Virus record (IMG/VR): IMGVR_UViG_2675903433_000039
Coordinates: 1-6,856 of that record
Strand: one strand, 5' to 3'
DNA from: a virus
Taxonomy: Duplodnaviria > Heunggongvirae > Uroviricota > Caudoviricetes
Length of the DNA stretch: 6,856 nucleotides
A program made the translations under genes and the position numbers. This document shows, one piece after another, positions 6,214 to 6,856 of this stretch (its first letter is position 1; each line of letters opens with the position of its first letter). Below the pieces are notes generated by a model. The model searched no databases. It was not told where the DNA came from and was given only the letters and a program-made list of their open reading frames with translations.

Positions 6214-6329
6214 GTGGGGATATTCCCCGTGGAGAAATGATATGTAACACACATCGGGAACCTTTCTATATAAACATTATCATTATTGTCAATCATAACA
6301 GTCAGGTATTATGACGTTTATGCATCAGG

Positions 6330-6360
6330 GCCATCAGGAATTAACTGGTGGCTTTTTATT
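6330..6360 (+). terminator. Terminator-like hairpin 35 bp upstream of the holin start
   Basis: Stem gccatcag (6330-6337) / ctggtggc (6345-6352) with one G-U pair, loop gaattaa, followed by tttttatt (6353-6360). Confidence 0.45.
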
Positions 6361-6392
6361 GTTGTCAGCTTCCGGATAACGGGAGACGGGGT

Positions 6393-6608
6393 ATGTACCA
6401 GATGGAAAAAATAACAACAGGTGTGTCATACACCACGTCAGCGGTGGGGACGGGATACTGGCTACTGCAGTTGCTGGACAAAGTCTCCCCATCCCAGTGG
6501 GTGGCAATAGGCGTATTGGGTAGCCTGGTGTTTGGCTTGCTGACGTATCTGACAAACCTTTATTTCAAGATTAAAGAAGATAAGCGTAAGGCTGCGAGAG
6601 GTGAATAA
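6393..6608 (+). CDS. Phage-21-type holin (pinholin, S21/EssD family) with dual-start motif
   Basis: Translation [71 protein letters not shown] closely resembles S21/EssD as I recall them (..[44 protein letters not shown]). RBS gggaga upstream. Met1 and Met4 form the holin/antiholin dual start. The ORF track extends the frame upstream to 6348, but that start has no RBS. Confidence 0.92.
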   Translation: MYQMEKITTGVSYTTSAVGTGYWLLQLLDKVSPSQWVAIGVLGSLVFGLLTYLTNLYFKIKEDKRKAARGE

Positions 6609-6856
6609 TGTCGCCATCATTACGCAAGGCTGTTGCTGCTGCTATTGGTGGTGGGGCTGTTGCCATAGCGTCTGTGCTCATCACTGGTCCGAGTGGTGAC
6701 GATGGCCTGGAAGGTGTCAGCTACATACCATACGAAGATATCGTTGGCGTATGGACTGTATGTCACGGACACACCGGAAAAGACATCATTCCCGGTAAAA
6801 CGTATACCAAAGCAGAATGCAAAGCACTCTTGAATAAAGACCTTGCCACTGTCGCC
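6608..6856 (+). CDS. SAR endolysin (phage-21 R-type lysozyme), 5' partial; continues past the window end
   Basis: The ATG at 6608 overlaps the holin stop (TAATG). Translation [83 protein letters not shown] matches the N-terminal signal-anchor-release domain and start of the lysozyme domain of R21/RrrD as I recall them. Open to the end of the window. Confidence 0.9.
   Translation, partial: MSPSLRKAVAAAIGGGAVAIASVLITGPSGDDGLEGVSYIPYEDIVGVWTVCHGHTGKDIIPGKTYTKAECKALLNKDLATVA

Larger units (their letters stand above)
47..6856. mobile_element. Defective lambdoid prophage, left end (attL through lysis cassette); continues beyond the window
   Basis: Ordered phage modules attL-int-xis-[nin: rusA, ninH]-Q-lysis (holin, endolysin) in prophage orientation. 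The region between xis and nin is missing. Confidence 0.9.

Noticed and set aside
5852-6250. 132-aa minus-strand ORF across the late leader
   Set aside because: Would start at a GTG without an RBS; spans the terminator and inverted-repeat structures; low-complexity translation; region behaves as a structured leader.
6078-6296. 72-aa minus-strand ORF in the late leader
   Set aside because: No Shine-Dalgarno; overlaps the perfect inverted repeat; Cys-rich odd composition; likely chance.
6348-6392. N-terminal extension of the holin ORF ([15 protein letters not shown])
   Set aside because: The in-frame upstream ATG has no RBS and overlaps the terminator T-tract. The ATG at 6393 has a GGGAGA Shine-Dalgarno and reproduces the canonical dual-start N-terminus.
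6334-6555. 73-aa minus-strand ORF antisense to the holin
   Set aside because: Antisense to the strongly supported holin gene.
1-6856. tRNA genes, CRISPR arrays and IS elements (tRNAs often sit between Q and the lysis genes in lambdoid phages)
   Set aside because: No T-arm GTTCRANYC motif with cloverleaf context, no regularly spaced direct repeats, and no terminal inverted repeats flanking a transposase-like ORF were found on either strand.

Overview
This window is the left end of a lambdoid prophage integrated at the E. coli lambda attachment site, and it appears defective. It opens with ~46 bp of host DNA and an attL junction (core 47-60, P' arm with IHF and Int arm-type sites), followed by lambda-like int and xis on the minus strand. 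About 300 bp right of xis the sequence runs straight into a nin-region module on the plus strand (a truncated gene 3' end, rusA, ninH-like), so the recombination, immunity and replication genes expected between xis and nin are absent. Two low-GC accessory (moron) insertions follow: a minus-strand outer-membrane protein that I identify as the lipid A 3'-O-deacylase LpxR, and, after a Q-like late antiterminator gene, an uncharacterised five-helix membrane protein. The window ends in a phage-21-type lysis cassette (dual-start pinholin and the 5' part of a SAR endolysin), preceded by a leader carrying promoter-like elements and three intrinsic-terminator-like hairpins. No tRNA, rRNA, CRISPR array or IS element was seen. 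All homology statements rest on my recollection of the named families and on reading the supplied translations; no database search was run.
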